The translations under genes were made by a program, and so were the position numbers. A stretch of 64,000 bases of DNA from Methanomassiliicoccaceae archaeon (GTDB taxonomy: Archaea; Thermoplasmatota; Thermoplasmata; Methanomassiliicoccales; Methanomassiliicoccaceae), in NCBI GenBank assembly GCA_963728405.1, contig CAVSJV010000005.1, positions 384,001 to 448,000 on the forward strand. The letters run 5' to 3'. The notes beneath the pieces are model-generated. The model was not told the DNA's origin. It was given only the letters and a program-made list of their open reading frames with translations, and did not search any database. Shown here piece after piece: positions 44,032-55,310 of this stretch. The first letter of the stretch is position 1, and every line of letters starts with the position of its first letter.

Positions 44032-44751
44032 TTAGGTGGTGAGGGCCTCGACGAGCTTCGAAAGCTCCAGCAAGGCTCGGGCGCCCTTCTCGGTGATCGA
44101 GTACAGGTGGCTCTTGCGGTCGTAGGCGATGAGCCCAGGGCCGGTCAGGACGTTCAGGTGGAACTGCAAGTGCCCTTTCTTCATGGCGAGGTCCTTGCTG
44201 AGCGAGGACAGGCTCTCATCGCCATTGGACAACCGCAACATGACCTTGATCCGGTGGGCACTGGAAAGCGGCCCCAGCGTTCTCTCCACTAATTCCGGTG
44301 ATAGTGCTCTCTCGTTTCGGACCAGGGAGGCCATGGGCCGTTCGGCCGGATGGGCCTGCTGGGAGATGCGGTCCGAGGCGGTCAGATACTCTCTCATCTG
44401 GCCAACCAGCGCGGAGATGAACACTGTTAACAGGGGGTCCTGCTTCAACGGGTCATCAGAGGACGGGACGCTCATGAACTCGTCCAGGGTGAGGGACGCC
44501 GCCCCTGTCCCCTTCTGCTGGAAATCGGTGATGTATCTCTCCACGAGGTCCATGAGCTGGGCCTTGGCCTCGAGGTCGCTAGGTTTCCCTTTCCCGCTGA
44601 AGTATCTCTCGATCCTTTCGATAAGTATCGGTTTTATCTGTTCGCTGAACACCAGCCTGAAATCGTCACCCCTCAGGTGGGTGACGGACCTGCTAAGCAG
44701 CCTGACCTCAGCAAGAAGGGCTTCGAGCTGTTTCTGTATGTCGTCGTTCAC
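44032..44751 (-). CDS. Winged-helix (ArsR-like) transcriptional regulator with N-terminal helical domain
   Basis: LGPLSSAHRIKVML...LSKDL....GHLQFHLNVL...YSITEKG. Confidence 0.85.
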   Translation of the reverse strand: MNDDIQKQLEALLAEVRLLSRSVTHLRGDDFRLVFSEQIKPILIERIERYFSGKGKPSDLEAKAQLMDLVERYITDFQQKGTGAASLTLDEFMSVPSSDDPLKQDPLLTVFISALVGQMREYLTASDRISQQAHPAERPMASLVRNERALSPELVERTLGPLSSAHRIKVMLRLSNGDESLSSLSKDLAMKKGHLQFHLNVLTGPGLIAYDRKSHLYSITEKGARALLELSKLVEALTT

Positions 44752-44871
44752 GTCCCTGCCCCGTTATAGAAATATATAACGTAGTAATACCTAAATATTT
44801 CCATCGCTTATGTGAATATATCGGTCCGGAAGCGTCCGAACCGGTCAGATATATTATGGGGATTGATAACC

Positions 44872-45525
44872 ATGAAGATCGGCATCGTAGCCTGTGAGAC
44901 TTTTGAAAGGGGTCTGGAGTTCCTGACCAAGGATGACCCGGACATCGTCCACAAGGAGTACCTGGAGTTCGGGCTTCACGAGTATCCCGAGGACCTGAAG
45001 AAGGCGGTCATCGAGAAGGTCAATGCCCTGGAGGGAAAGGTCGACGCCGTCCTTCTAGGCTATGGCATATGTAACTCGCTGCGGGACGTGACCGAGCAGA
45101 TGAAGGTGCCCACGGTCCGATTGCTGGCGGACGATTGCATCGGCGTGCTCATCACTCCCGAGGAGTACGAGAAAGAAAGGAAGATCTGCGCCGGGACGAT
45201 GTATCACACTCCTTACTTCGCCAAGATGGGGCGGGAATGGTTCGAGAACAAGATGCGGACGCAGATGCCGAACTACGAGGAGCTAGGCATCGATGTCGAT
45301 TGGTTCCTGGCACGAATGTTCGAAGGATACTCGAGAGTGCTGTTCATCGACGACGGCCTGGGGGAGATCGAGAAGTTCGAGGCCCTCTCGAAGCAGTTCG
45401 CCCGCGAGCTCAACCTGAGATACGATTCCCGGGGCGGCACGTGGTCGGTCCTTATCGGAGCGATCGAGCGGACCAAGGAGCTGGCTCTGGCCCAGAACGG
45501 CAGCAAGGGAACGGCATCGACGTGA
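44872..45525 (+). CDS. DUF1638 domain protein
   Basis: IVACE, GLHEYP..L, LLGYGICNS, DDCIGVL, GYSRVLFID. Confidence 0.85.
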   Translation: MKIGIVACETFERGLEFLTKDDPDIVHKEYLEFGLHEYPEDLKKAVIEKVNALEGKVDAVLLGYGICNSLRDVTEQMKVPTVRLLADDCIGVLITPEEYEKERKICAGTMYHTPYFAKMGREWFENKMRTQMPNYEELGIDVDWFLARMFEGYSRVLFIDDGLGEIEKFEALSKQFARELNLRYDSRGGTWSVLIGAIERTKELALAQNGSKGTAST

Positions 45526-45632
45526 CACTGCCGTTCTTTCGCTCTTCCTAGTGCGTTGATATTGATATTTGCAAATTGTTGGCGACCCTTTTTCACCTAC
45601 GGCCGCGATGGCGCTCTCTAAGGTCGGGATGC

Positions 45633-45860
45633 ATGGCAGTTAGCTCGCAAGGCACTGAACGCAAGGGTAAAGCGAACGGGACTGATGCCGCTGTCGCCAT
45701 AGATTATTACGAGGCCAGGTCCACGATTATGGGGCCGTGCGGCCATAAGCACAATACCAAAGGGGCGGCCGAGAAATGTGCTAGGAGCTTCGCAGCAAAG
45801 CATCGGCGCCGCAATCCGCTGAACGTGCACACGCTACTGGCACGTTGCTTCTGTCGATAG
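45633..45860 (+). CDS. Small basic hypothetical protein with a CxHxH...C motif
   Basis: 75-aa ORF containing CGHKHNTKGAAEKCA. Confidence 0.4.
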   Translation: MAVSSQGTERKGKANGTDAAVAIDYYEARSTIMGPCGHKHNTKGAAEKCARSFAAKHRRRNPLNVHTLLARCFCR

Positions 45861-45915
45861 CAACACGGTTCGAAGAAGGGTCAGCGACGATCTGTGATCG
45901 GTCAGCCGATCCATC

Positions 45916-46398
45916 TCAGATCATACTTTTTACCATGTAGTGAGCCCTGATGTCTGGTAGGTACTCCAGCTCCCTAGAGCAGGTGAATCCGAGGGTTTCC
46001 CAGAACCTCTCAGAACCTTGCACAGAGACGAGCGTGCAGGCCGGCAGGCGCATCGCTCTAGCGAGTTCAAAGACCTCGTTCACGAGCCGCGCGGCCAGCC
46101 CCCGGCCGCGGCTGTACTGGTCGACCGCCAGGTCATGGATGTACATGCAGGTCGGTTGTTCGGGTAGCTCTAAGGACTCAGCCCTCAAGGGGACGATCTC
46201 CCCGAGCACCCACGGGTGGCAGAAGATGTAGGCCAAAAGGGCACCATCGTCGAAGCACCCCAAGGCCCCTTGAGGGAACAATGACAGCTTTTTAGTGAAT
46301 GTTTCCGAGGGCTCGAGGAGCCCTTCATGATAGGCGTTCCGCTGGACGCGCAGGACCTCGGGGAGGTCGGACGGAGCGAGCACCCTGGGCCGGAGCAT
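45916..46398 (-). CDS. GNAT-family acetyltransferase
   Basis: YIHDLAVDQYSRGRGLA motif A; LVSVQGSERFW..LGF. Confidence 0.9.
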   Translation of the reverse strand: MLRPRVLAPSDLPEVLRVQRNAYHEGLLEPSETFTKKLSLFPQGALGCFDDGALLAYIFCHPWVLGEIVPLRAESLELPEQPTCMYIHDLAVDQYSRGRGLAARLVNEVFELARAMRLPACTLVSVQGSERFWETLGFTCSRELEYLPDIRAHYMVKSMI

Positions 46399-46551
46399 GG
46401 CTCGCTCAATCCCGGGAGGAGAGATAAATTGTGCTGTGCGCCCGTCCCCTAATCCTGGTGCGGGCGATCCGGATCCGATCCTACGAATATTCGGTATATT
46501 CCGGGACAGTCTATTTCTCCAAGGAGCGCGATTTTTCCGTCCAGGATCAAC

Positions 46552-47671
46552 ATGTCATACGAGGCTCTGTTCCCCCCTATCGATACGGAGTGGCTGGAGA
46601 GATCGAGGAAGAGATTTGCCAGCCCGTTCCTGGGTACCAAGTTCGATCGGATAAGCGTGGACCCGATGATGCTCTCTCACGCCACCGTCGCCTGCGGATT
46701 CCGCATCGGCGATTTCTACCGGGAGCCGGAGCTGGGGGCGCACTGCGTCGCCTACATCTCTCAGCTCTATGACCTTTTGCCGGTCACTCACTGGTACTTC
46801 TCCCTGGCCTGGGTCGCGGAGATGGGCCTGGACCTTCGCTACATGGAGCTGATGCCGCCCGTTCCCGTCGCCCCCCTCATCACCTCCCCCACCGAGGTGG
46901 ACAAGGTCCAGGTCCCCAGCGTAGAGGATACTCAAAAAGGGCTGGACGATGCATCAGTTCACCAAGGCGAATGACTATATCCAGAAGAACCTGCCCGAGA
47001 TGTTCATACCCATGGTGAACGTGTCCGATCTCGCCGGGTCCGCCGCCCAGCTCTGCGGGGTGGAGAACTTCATCATGTGGACGATGGCCGAACCCGACGC
47101 CGCCCATGATCTGGTCCACAAGTACACGCAGACGGCCATAAACGGTGCGGAGGTCGTGGCCGAGAAGTACGGATCGGCCATGATCTCCACCGGCTCGGTG
47201 CTGGGGAACAACGACGTCTTCAGCGACCAGATGGTCATCGACTTCTCCGCGAAATACCTCCGTGAGCTGGTCAGCCAGGCGTTCAGGAGGGGCGCCGGAC
47301 CGCAGGTGTTCTACCACATGTGCGGGAACCATGAGACGGATTACAAGGTCTTCAAGGACTACTTGGTGTGGTCCCCGTTCACGATATTCCATGTCGGTTA
47401 CAAAGGACGGGATGTCTTCCCCGCCGACGAGCTGGCGCGCATGTACGGCCCGCTCGCCACCATAATGTGCTCGGTGGACACCAAGAGGATGATCGACCCC
47501 AATCCCATGAGGGTGTACGAACAGGCCCGAGACCAGATAATCAAGGGAAGGGACAGCCAGAACGGGCTGATATTGGGAACTGCCTGCGAGGTTCCACCCT
47601 ACGCCCCTCCGGGCAACCTGCTCGCCCTGGTCATGGCGGCGAAGCACTTCGGCAAGTACGGGACATGGTGA
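46552..47671 (+). CDS. URO-D-fold methylcobamide:CoM methyltransferase (MtaA/CmuA-like); one extra base near 46930-46942
   Basis: AAQLCGVENF, Zn motif YHMCG, ILGTACEVP...N; two ORFs join. Confidence 0.8.
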
Positions 47672-48629
47672 TCCCGCCGGGCGGCGCGCGGTAGAAGACG
47701 GTCTCGCCATACTGCCTTCTGTCCAGTTTCCCTTTCTCTATCATCTCATCGAGCATCAGCCTTGTCTCGTCCCCGGAATGCCCGCCGGACAGCATGGCCA
47801 TTATCTGGTCCTCCCGTAGGGGATGGTTCTCGGCGATGGCCAGAACATGAGCGATGGGGTCCCCGGAGGCGCTGGTGAACTCCCCGGCCTCCGGGCCGGT
47901 CATGTCCACGGCGCCGGGTAGCAGCTCAAGAGCAAGATGTACCGCTTCCCCTTCCGGAGGCAGCACCCCGCTCTCCGCCGGAGGCCGTATGGGCGCGGCG
48001 ATGAACGTCCGGTCCGCCCCTATGGAGGCGACGGCCGTTCGGATGTTCTGGAGCGATCCCTCGGAATCGTTCACCCCGCGGACCAGCATCACTTCCGCCC
48101 ACAGCTCTCCAGAAAAGCCCTTTCTGAACTCCCTGAGCCCCTCCAGCGTCTTCCCGAGGGTGCACATCCGGTGCGGGTGATGCAATCTCCGATAGGTCCT
48201 CTCGTCGCCGGCGGCGATCGTGGGAGAGACGACATCGAACTTCATGGCTGCCTCTCTGACCTCGGGAAGGAAGAACAGGGAACCATTGGTGATCAGCCCC
48301 ATTCCTCCCTTCCAGTGGTCCCTGATGCCCTCGACCATCTCCCCGAGGTTCAAGGCCAAGGTCGGCTCCCCCTCGCCCATGAATGTAACGAAGTCCACTT
48401 GACCGTGTAAAGCTTGGAGGGCCGAGCGCACTTCACCCACCACGCGTGAAGTGTCGAAATATGCTCTTCTTTCCGACTGGAGCTTTGTGGTCCTCCCCAG
48501 CTGACAGTAGATGCAGGAATAGTTGCAGGCCTTGAAAGGTACAGAATTGACCCCCAGGGAGCGCCCGAACCGGCGCGAGGGGACGGGGCCGAAAACCATG
48601 CTGTCCATATTGCTCATCTTGTCGGCCAC
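47631..48629 (-). CDS. Radical SAM protein (COG0731-like)
   Basis: FGPVPSRRFGRSLG, CNYSCIYC, GEGEPTL, MLVRGVND. Confidence 0.9.
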   Translation of the reverse strand: MADKMSNMDSMVFGPVPSRRFGRSLGVNSVPFKACNYSCIYCQLGRTTKLQSERRAYFDTSRVVGEVRSALQALHGQVDFVTFMGEGEPTLALNLGEMVEGIRDHWKGGMGLITNGSLFFLPEVREAAMKFDVVSPTIAAGDERTYRRLHHPHRMCTLGKTLEGLREFRKGFSGELWAEVMLVRGVNDSEGSLQNIRTAVASIGADRTFIAAPIRPPAESGVLPPEGEAVHLALELLPGAVDMTGPEAGEFTSASGDPIAHVLAIAENHPLREDQIMAMLSGGHSGDETRLMLDEMIEKGKLDRRQYGETVFYRAPPGGITMSRTCRSASPP

Positions 48630-48862
48630 CCTTAGGGACGCTCCGACTATTAATTAAGGGGCGTTAACCAACAAGGGTGTTACCCGACTGCTCCTATTGT
48701 GCCATATATTCGCCCCCTTGTGAATTATTGAGGGCAGGGTGTGAAGGGCCTTTTTGTTGGGTTAAACGTAACAGCTAGCTCAAAACTAAAAATTCATATC
48801 AACTTTTAGGGGTCCACAGGGATGTGGGGGGATAGTCCTGACGAAGCATTGCCATCTGGTAC

Positions 48863-48886
48863 GACCGGGGGCACAGGCCCCCGGTC
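48863..48886. repeat. Perfect 10-bp inverted repeat GACCGGGGGC-ACAG-GCCCCCGGTC
   Basis: Directly visible in the intergenic region; function unknown. Confidence 0.6.
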
Positions 48887-49025
48887 TAACGCATTCAATC
48901 CGCGTTCATCAAGGTATCATTAACAGGTCGATCGGATCGCCCTTCAGCATGAACGTGGCGAGATGATTATTCGCTCCAATTCCCTTAGGGCCTTCCAGGG
49001 GGCACCGAATGAGGGGATGACTGAT

Positions 49026-51960
49026 TCATACCATCTGGTCGATGTTGATCAATATCATCGTCGACTTCCCCGACGGGATCAGCAGCTTCCTGGCGGTGAT
49101 GTCCACCAACCTCTTTCCCAGCTTGGGAATGACAATCTCCGTGCTCAGGTTCTCAAGTTCTGTCTCCTCCGCGCTCAGGTCCCCGAGCCTGTTGATCAGC
49201 GGCGGGATGTTCCACGTCCCATTAAGTATCTCGTTCAGAGGTCGACCTCGTATGCTTTCTGAGGCGGTCTCGAACTGTTTTAAGAAAGAGGTATTGGCCG
49301 ACCGAACGACGAGGTGCTCATCTAAGATCAGGAGCGGTTCCTTTACCGTATTGACGATGCTCTCCGCGAACTCCTGAGCTGCCCGAGCCTCCAACGAGAT
49401 GTCCTTGAGCTTCTCCTGGACCTTCTTCTGCGTGTCTATATCACTGAAGGTGAGCACCAGGCCATCTATGACGTTCTCGACCGTTCGGTAGGGAATGATC
49501 TTCAGCTTATACCAGTGCCCGTCCTTCGTCTGGACCTCTTTCTCCTTGGTGTTCAATGTATCGAGGACCTCTTTGAAGTCCGTGATCAGATCCTCGTAGC
49601 GCAGCTTCATGGCGATGTCCTGGATCGGGCGACCCACATCCCCCGGAAGCAGGTTCATAATACGTTCCATCAGGGGTGTGTATCTCCTTATCCTCATATC
49701 GATGTCCAGAAAGATGGTGGCCTCATCGACACTGTTAAGGAAGTTCCTCATATCACTGCTGGTCCTCGATAGCTCCTGGTTCTTCCTCTCCAGCTCCGAG
49801 TTGACGGTCAAGAGCTCCTCGTTCAACGAATTGAGCTCTTCCTTCCCCGTCTCCGATTCTTCGGCTACACTCTGAAGTTCCTCATTGTTCGATTGGAGCT
49901 CCTCATTGGTGGACGTCAGTTCTTCATTGGATGTCTCAAGCTGCTCGATGGTGCTCCTCAGGTTCTCCTTAGTGCGGATTAGTTCCTTCTCCAGTTCGTC
50001 GATCCTCGTCTCTATGTTCGATGCGATGCTCAGCTCCGGTTTTCCTCTCAGGATCCCCTGAGGGACGGTCTTTTCGTCAAAGACGACCAGAAAATCGGAA
50101 ACGGGCTCTTTGCCCTCCATGGGCCTGACGGTGATATTGAGGAAGGAGGCGCCGCCGTTCGTATGTACCTGTATGGCCTCATCGATGACTGGTTTTCCAG
50201 TGCTTCGAGTTTTATTTATGGCCGACATCACCGCGTATCTGATGTCCTCGCGGAGCAGGTCCCGGATGCCGAGGCTGGCCCTGCCCGGAGTATGCTCGAG
50301 GTACTTGCTGGTGCGGCCGTGGAAGTATATGACCTCGTTCTTCCCATTGACGATCAGGCTCGGCGGGGTATGCTCGGAAAGGAGCATCTTTTCTGCCTTT
50401 TCGTTTATGCTCGGTCCCTTCGGCGGCTGGACCTTGATCGGGACGAAATCCCGCCCTTGCCGAGGCGGGACAGTGCTCTCTCTGATCAGGGTGGAAGGTG
50501 CGTACGGTTTCCTACGGTAGATCTTCCACTTGGGATCGATGGCGGTGAACCGGTCGTCGTAGCCGTTGATGGTTTCCGCCTCTCCCAGGAACAGTATGCC
50601 ATTGGGGTTCAGAGCGTTGCTGAACGTCTCCAACACTCTCTTCTGAAGTATTGGTTCGAAATAGATCAGGAGATTCCTACAGGATAGCAGGTGAAGATGA
50701 AGGAATGGCGGATCTCGAGTGACATCATGAGGGGCGAAGATGATCATCTCCCTGATCTCCTTCCTCACTTTGTACCCCCCCTCGTGTTTGATGAAGTACT
50801 TGTCCAGGCGTTTCTCATCAACGTCGTCAGCGATCGAATACGGATATTCTCCGGCTCGGGCGATATTGATCGCATCCTCATTGATGTCTGAGCCGAATAT
50901 CTGGACCCGCAGCTGTAGACCGGTCTCATCCATAAGCTCTTTCAGGACGATCCCGAGGGAATAAGCCTCTTCACCGGTGGAGCAGGCGGTCACCCAAGCT
51001 CTGAAAGTATCAATTTCTGATTCCGGGACAAAGATGGTTTTCCTGAGCATATCCTTGAGGGATTCGAAGGCCTCCGGATTCCTGAACAAGCTGGTGACTT
51101 CGATTATCATTTCTTTGAACAGCAGGTGGACCTCTTTCGGGTTGGCCACTAGATACCTGACATACTGCTCCTTGGTCTCAAGTTGGTGGACGGCCAGGCG
51201 GCGTTCGATCCTGCGATTGATGGTGCTCTTCTTATAAAGCGAGAAATCATGGCCCGTCTCGCGCTTGACGATGAACAGGATTTTCTGAACAGCATCGGTA
51301 CTTTCGATCGGCTCGACTTTGGGCGGTTGTATCCTGGTTCCTGACCGCATGGACATATCTGGCGATCATCTCAGGCATCTCGCCAGCAGGAAGAACATAA
51401 TCCGCTAGGCCCGTATCGATGGCACTTCGGGGCATGCTATCGTACTTGGCGGTCTCCGGGTTCTGCACCATGACCATGCCCAGGTTCGCGTGGATCGCCC
51501 TTATTCCGAGCGACCCGTCCGAACCGTTCCCTGAGAGGATGACCACAATCGCGTTCTCTTTTCGCTCATCGGCCAGGGATCGAAAGAAGTGGTCGATGGG
51601 CAGGAACGGCTCCCGGCCGGGCCCGCGACTGAAAAGGCGTAAGACCCCGTCGGTGATGACCATGTCCTTTCCAGGGGGAATGACATAGATCTTGTTCTGC
51701 TGGACGACCATTTCGTCCTGGACCTGTACTGTTTCCATGGTCGTGGATCGGGATATGATCTCGGCCAGGAGGCTAGGGTGATGCGGTTCGAGGTGAGTTA
51801 TGACGACGTATGCCACGCCCGAATCTGGGGGGGTGTTCTTAAAAAATGTTTCATTAGCCTCCAGGCCGCCGGCTGAGGAGCCCAGTGCAACGATGGGAAA
51901 CGATTGATTCATTTCATGAACGCCCGGTCTGTCGTCCTTGTTCTTATTACCTTTAGCCAT
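49026..51960 (-). CDS. cheBR: CheB methylesterase-CheR methyltransferase fusion with coiled coil and PAS domains; one extra base near 51333
   Basis: CheB GSSAGG/THL/GSDG triad; CheR CSTGEEAYS, GSDIN, SCRNLLIYF; repeated NEEL heptads; two C-terminal PAS domains. Confidence 0.9.
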
Positions 51961-52119
51961 GCCCCTTGCTCCGATGGGCTCATTCCTTGAGCTTTTTACT
52001 TTCACCATATTCCTTTAGGACTACTTACTGACTGTGACCCAATCACGGAGATGGCATCCCAAGAATATTTATTGTGCATTGGACCTTTCTATATGAATCT
52101 GAAATGGGAGAAGAACAAG

Positions 52120-53793
52120 ATGCTGGGGGGGGGGCTTAGAGAGCGAGCCAAAAAGCGCCTGGAAAGAAAACGGCCGGCCCACACCGTGTCGGAGAAAGCC
52201 CCCTCTGAACTAATAGAGGAGCTTAGCATCCACCAAGAGGAGCTCAATATCCAGAACGAGGAGCTTCTGAGGGCCCAGGTAGAGCTAGAAGCCTCCCGAG
52301 CCAAATATTTCGAATTGTATGACATGGCTCCAGTGGGTTACATAACTCTAAATCAGGATCTGGTAATCAAGGAGGCCAATCTGGCAGCCTCATCGCTTTT
52401 AGGAACGATGAGAAACATCGCCATCAACAGGGGCATCTCGACCTTCATATCTCCGGAATGTCAAGAAATGCTTTATCTTCACTACCGAAGGCTCGCACAG
52501 GGTGAAGGAAAACAAAAACATACGCTCATTGTTCAGAGAAAAGACGGCAGCAAACCTCTTGTCCAGTTCGAGAGCAACATCGCCAAGGATGGTCCGGATA
52601 AAGGGTTCCGATCGATCTTGACCGATGTCACCGATCTGAAGAGGGCCGAGAGGGGGCTGGAAGACACAAAAGGCCTACTCGAGGCCATAATTCGACAGAT
52701 GCCGATAGGCATCATGGTGGCTGATGCTCGTTCGGGGGAAATTATTCTCGCCAATGACGAGATCGAGAAGATATATGGCCTAGGGTTCAGACCAACGGAC
52801 ATCAAGGGCTTCGTCGAATATTCTCGATTGGCGAGGCGTCACTTGGACGGTCGGCCGTATCATATGGATGAGTATCCCGTCGTCCGCTCCCTCAAAGGAG
52901 AGGTGATAAGGAGCGAACTGGCTGGAGTAATGAGGCCGAATGGTTCAGAGGTATTCATTAGCGGGAGCAGTGCTCCAGTGTTCGATTCCAATGGTGATAT
53001 CGTGGCCGCGGTGGCCCTGTCTATCGACGTGACCGATCTGATAAGGGTCCAAATGGAGAGGGACCAATTACTTGCCGATGCCGAGCGAAATTCAAGGGAA
53101 TTGCAAAGATCAAATACCGAGCTAGAACAGTTCGCCTATGTGGCCTCGCATGATCTCAGGGAGCCACTGCGGATGGTCCGAAGTTATCTTGACCTCCTGG
53201 AAAAGAAGTATAGCGGAAAGGTCCTGGACGATAAGGCCGATGCGTACATCGACTTCGCCGTGGATGGCGCAAAGAGGATGCAGGCCATGATCGATGACAT
53301 TCTTACCTATGCACGGGTAGGAACTCAGGGCGAACCTCATCAACTGGTCGATATGGAGCAGGTGCTCTATAAAGTGCTGAAAGACCTTGAGCGTGAGATA
53401 AGGGAATCCGGGACGATTGTGACCGTGGGACCACTGCCTGAGGTCATGGCCGATCCATCCCAGATGTCCCAGCTCCTGCAGAACCTTATTGCCAATGCCA
53501 TCAAGTTCCGTTCCAAGGGCGCGGTGAAGGTCCGCGTCTCCGTAGAAGAAAAGGGCAAGGAATGGGCGTTCGCCATCTCAGATAACGGCATCGGCATCCC
53601 CGTCGATCAGCAGCCCCGTCTCTTCCAGATGTTCCAGCGCCTCAACCCCAGGCAAGAGTATCCCGGAACAGGGATCGGGCTGGCCATCTGCAAGAAGATC
53701 GTCGAGCAGCACGGCGGCCGGATATGGGTGGAATCGGAGGTCGGTAAGGGATCGACATTCTACTTCACCCTACCTATGGGCAGGAAGGAATGA
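52120..53793 (+). CDS. PAS-PAS sensor histidine kinase with N-terminal coiled coil
   Basis: [12 protein letters not shown] helix, [29 protein letters not shown]. Start uncertain (52051/52093/52120). Confidence 0.92.
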   Translation: MLGGGLRERAKKRLERKRPAHTVSEKAPSELIEELSIHQEELNIQNEELLRAQVELEASRAKYFELYDMAPVGYITLNQDLVIKEANLAASSLLGTMRNIAINRGISTFISPECQEMLYLHYRRLAQGEGKQKHTLIVQRKDGSKPLVQFESNIAKDGPDKGFRSILTDVTDLKRAERGLEDTKGLLEAIIRQMPIGIMVADARSGEIILANDEIEKIYGLGFRPTDIKGFVEYSRLARRHLDGRPYHMDEYPVVRSLKGEVIRSELAGVMRPNGSEVFISGSSAPVFDSNGDIVAAVALSIDVTDLIRVQMERDQLLADAERNSRELQRSNTELEQFAYVASHDLREPLRMVRSYLDLLEKKYSGKVLDDKADAYIDFAVDGAKRMQAMIDDILTYARVGTQGEPHQLVDMEQVLYKVLKDLEREIRESGTIVTVGPLPEVMADPSQMSQLLQNLIANAIKFRSKGAVKVRVSVEEKGKEWAFAISDNGIGIPVDQQPRLFQMFQRLNPRQEYPGTGIGLAICKKIVEQHGGRIWVESEVGKGSTFYFTLPMGRKE

Positions 53794-53935
53794 GCTAGAT
53801 CACCGGGTGCGATTGGTGCTGGGCCGCGACTTTCCGTCGATCTGCCTGACCCCCCTATCGCCTGATGCCTATGTAAGCAGGAATGGGCCCAGGGGTACGG
53901 TGTAAAAGAGCGATTGCGCATCATCTACCGTTCGC

Positions 53936-55093
53936 TCATGGGTGCGCCTTGGGGATGGTGAAGCGGTATATGGACCATTTCCCTCCTTCTGAATCGACCC
54001 ACAGGCTGCCCCCATGCCTTTCCACGATCCGTTTGCTGATGATGAGGTCGATGCCAGCGCCTGGATAGTCGCCCGTTGCGCTCTCGATGAACAAACCCTT
54101 GAACTCACCGCGGACCATGTCCTGGAACTGCACAGGTATCCCTGTTCCATTGTCCTTAACGGAGAATGACCATTCTTTTGGTCCCTCTCCCGCAGAGATA
54201 TGGACCGACATCGGCCTTGTTCCCCTGAACCTAATAGCGTTGTCCAACAGCTTGTTCAGTAACAAGGTCATCTGAGTCCGGTCAGCGAGGATGGTGGGTA
54301 AGGGGTCGTGAGTGACGGTGACGTTGGCCCTATCGATCAATTCCCCCCGCCTCTTAAGGACGGCGGCGAGGACCTCTTCCATCTTGACCGGATCGAACGA
54401 CCTCCCCTCCATCCCCACTTTAGAGTATTCCACCAGGTCGGTGATCATCTCCTGCATCCTCGCCGCGCCGTCCAGAGCGAGGGAGATGTTCTCCCCAGTG
54501 GTTTTTTCCAGTGCCATTACAGCGTGATCCGACCGGAGAAGCTGGAGATGCTTGATGACCACACTTGATGGCAACTTGAGGTCGTGAGCGACGACGTAAC
54601 CGAACTGTTCGATGTCCGCGCTCGAACCGATAATGCCATACTTTAGCCCTCTCTGCTCCTCCACCAATTTCTTACGCTCGATGGCATAGCGAATGGAGCG
54701 GACCAGGACCTCGCCATTGATGGTCTCCTTGAACAGGTAGTCCTGAGCGCCATGGTGCATCGCCTTCTGAGCCAGGTCCTTGTCCTGATTACGGGTCAGG
54801 ACGATCATCGGGATCCTGATCGAATTGTCACTGATGACCTCAAAGGTGTCATAACCCTGGCTATATGGAAGATAAAGGTCCATGATAACGAGGTCGACCT
54901 TTCTGTCCATTAGAGAGAGGCCCATATCCACATCTGTCGCCACTTTGACGGTGATGTTCTCCCCCGAGAGCATTTGCTTTATCGACGCTATGTCCTCATT
55001 GCTTTCATCGATGAGAAGCACAGTGATCGCGTCTGATTCGCGTCCAGTTACGACCTCCTCGGTCATTGATGTTGGTTGCCCAGCGTTTCTCAT
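53936..55093 (-). CDS. REC + histidine kinase hybrid
   Basis: REC (MDLYLP, GAQDYLFK), VAHDLK, DNAIRF, DNGTG; G2 box divergent. Confidence 0.88.
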   Translation of the reverse strand: MRNAGQPTSMTEEVVTGRESDAITVLLIDESNEDIASIKQMLSGENITVKVATDVDMGLSLMDRKVDLVIMDLYLPYSQGYDTFEVISDNSIRIPMIVLTRNQDKDLAQKAMHHGAQDYLFKETINGEVLVRSIRYAIERKKLVEEQRGLKYGIIGSSADIEQFGYVVAHDLKLPSSVVIKHLQLLRSDHAVMALEKTTGENISLALDGAARMQEMITDLVEYSKVGMEGRSFDPVKMEEVLAAVLKRRGELIDRANVTVTHDPLPTILADRTQMTLLLNKLLDNAIRFRGTRPMSVHISAGEGPKEWSFSVKDNGTGIPVQFQDMVRGEFKGLFIESATGDYPGAGIDLIISKRIVERHGGSLWVDSEGGKWSIYRFTIPKAHP

Positions 55094-55310
55094 AGCATCT
55101 CAGCCAGCCTTCGTAAATAATCAGCAGGACCGCCTATTGCGATCTCATGCAATGGGTCAACAGGGCTGTCCATCGGATCCTCTCCACCGATCAATATCTA
55201 GGTGAAATGGCCGTATATAATGACATTCGCCCCTACGCTGGCAAGATACTTTGTAAATCAAGGACTTGAATGGCGATCTTAGATCTAATTGTCACTTAGA
55301 AGCCAGGGAG

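Noticed and set aside
48836-48890. Hammerhead ribozyme (CTGACGA core)
   Set aside because: No GAAA core or stem II arrangement follows.
53812-53828. Possible att repeat of the tRNA-Pro 3' end (TGGTGCTGGGCCGC)
   Set aside because: Short gapped similarity and no integrase nearby.
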